NCBI GenBank assembly: GCA_003971905.1
Contig: RSEE01000019.1
Span: 682,001-746,000, forward strand
Direction of reading: 5' to 3'
Source: Moniliella sp. 'wahieum'
Taxonomy: Eukaryota
DNA: 64,000 bases
Below are positions 63,136 to 64,000 of this stretch, piece after piece. The position numbers and the translations under genes are program-made. The first letter of the stretch is position 1. Each line of letters opens with the position of its first letter. The notes under the pieces are model-generated. The model did not search any database and was not told the DNA's origin. It saw nothing but the letters and a program-made list of their open reading frames with translations.

Positions 63136-64000
63136 ATGGACCTGCCCCTCCCTTGCCCTTCCCGTCTACGGCCTTTCTTCCCCCATACACCCCTCATCAA
63201 GACTGCGATGCGCTCCACCTTTTCCTCCACGGCGACCACAGTAATGGTTCTCTTTCGTCTCCTGAACGTCCTCCTCCTAATAAGGATGATCTCACACTTC
63301 CGTCTACACTGTCGTCATCCGGGACGGAACAACAGGTCTCTTCTCTCCTCGTCCACATATCCCGTCCACCCCAAAGGGGGCAACAAGCAAAGGCACCCGG
63401 AAGGCCCACAGCAAACGTAACCCTCACCTTGTCAACAAGCTGTTTCACATGTTGGAGGATGGATCATGGGATGATGTCGTGCGCTGGTCTTACGCGCGCG
63501 ATAGTTTCGTTGTTGTGGTACGTCGCTGGCCGTCTCAGACCGGGTACGAGAGGAAGGCATGCCTTTTAGACGGGAGAAACTGACTCGAACGTGCATGGGC
63601 ACGGACAGAACTTGGACAAGTTCAACAAGCAGGTACTGCCCTGCCATTTCAAACATTCTAGCTTTTCCAGCTTTGTCCGCCAGCTCAACAAACATGATTT
63701 CCACAAGGTCAAGAGCGATCGAGCCTTGCTGGCAAAACTTTTGGACGTAGATCCGAGGCAAGTCAAGCCAGGACTATTTGGACAAATGTGGGAGTTTAAG
63801 CATCGTTCCTTTCGCTCCGGTCGCCCGACTTGCTCCACTCGATCCAACGCAAGGCCACAACTTTATCGCCCAACAGTCTTGCCAGTACGACCACCTCGGT
63901 ACTGGCCAAAAAAGATAAGGACATGTCCCCTCCCCTCTCCTCTATGCCGAGGAAGTCTGCCCCGACACCCCCATATCCCCCACCAACAACAACGCGGTAA
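63136..64000 (+). CDS. HSF-type DNA-binding-domain transcription factor (Skn7/Prr1-like), 3'-truncated by the window end; intron ~63518-63608
   Basis: VNKLFHMLEDGSWDDVVRWSYARDSFVV|..DKFNKQVLPCHFKHSSFSSFVRQLNKHDFHKVK...WEFKHRSFRSGRP. The start is approximate. Confidence 0.88.

Overview
This window is eukaryotic DNA, not prokaryotic. It is a GC-rich, gene-dense fungal segment, most likely from a basidiomycete (inference), with short GT-AG introns and CTRAC branch sites. About 19 genes can be supported: KRE6-like GH16, a GH5 glucanase, a multicopper oxidase, a Ubp12-like deubiquitinase (USP), a Ptc7-like PP2C, a DUF2420-like acidic protein, cryptochrome-DASH, Nop15, Spt2, the mitochondrial calcium uniporter MCU, Atg26/UGT51 sterol glucosyltransferase, an Rco1-like double-PHD protein, a small multi-TM orphan, a USP7/Ubp15-like USP, phosphoglycerate mutase (dPGM), a Zn2Cys6 transcription factor, a PHD-finger gene hidden by frameshifts and a partial HSF-domain factor. 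Nearly every long gene is broken by small indels, most likely assembly errors, so gene ends are approximate. No CRISPR array, rRNA, tRNA or recognisable transposon was seen, and I cannot support a clearly new multi-gene system. The most unusual signals are recurrent intergenic 7-bp-period repeats built from A...T hexamer palindromes, a recurring ACTCAGT/AGTACT motif upstream of genes, a GGG-tract satellite upstream of NOP15, and a lower-GC gene-poor island containing a 15-bp direct repeat.
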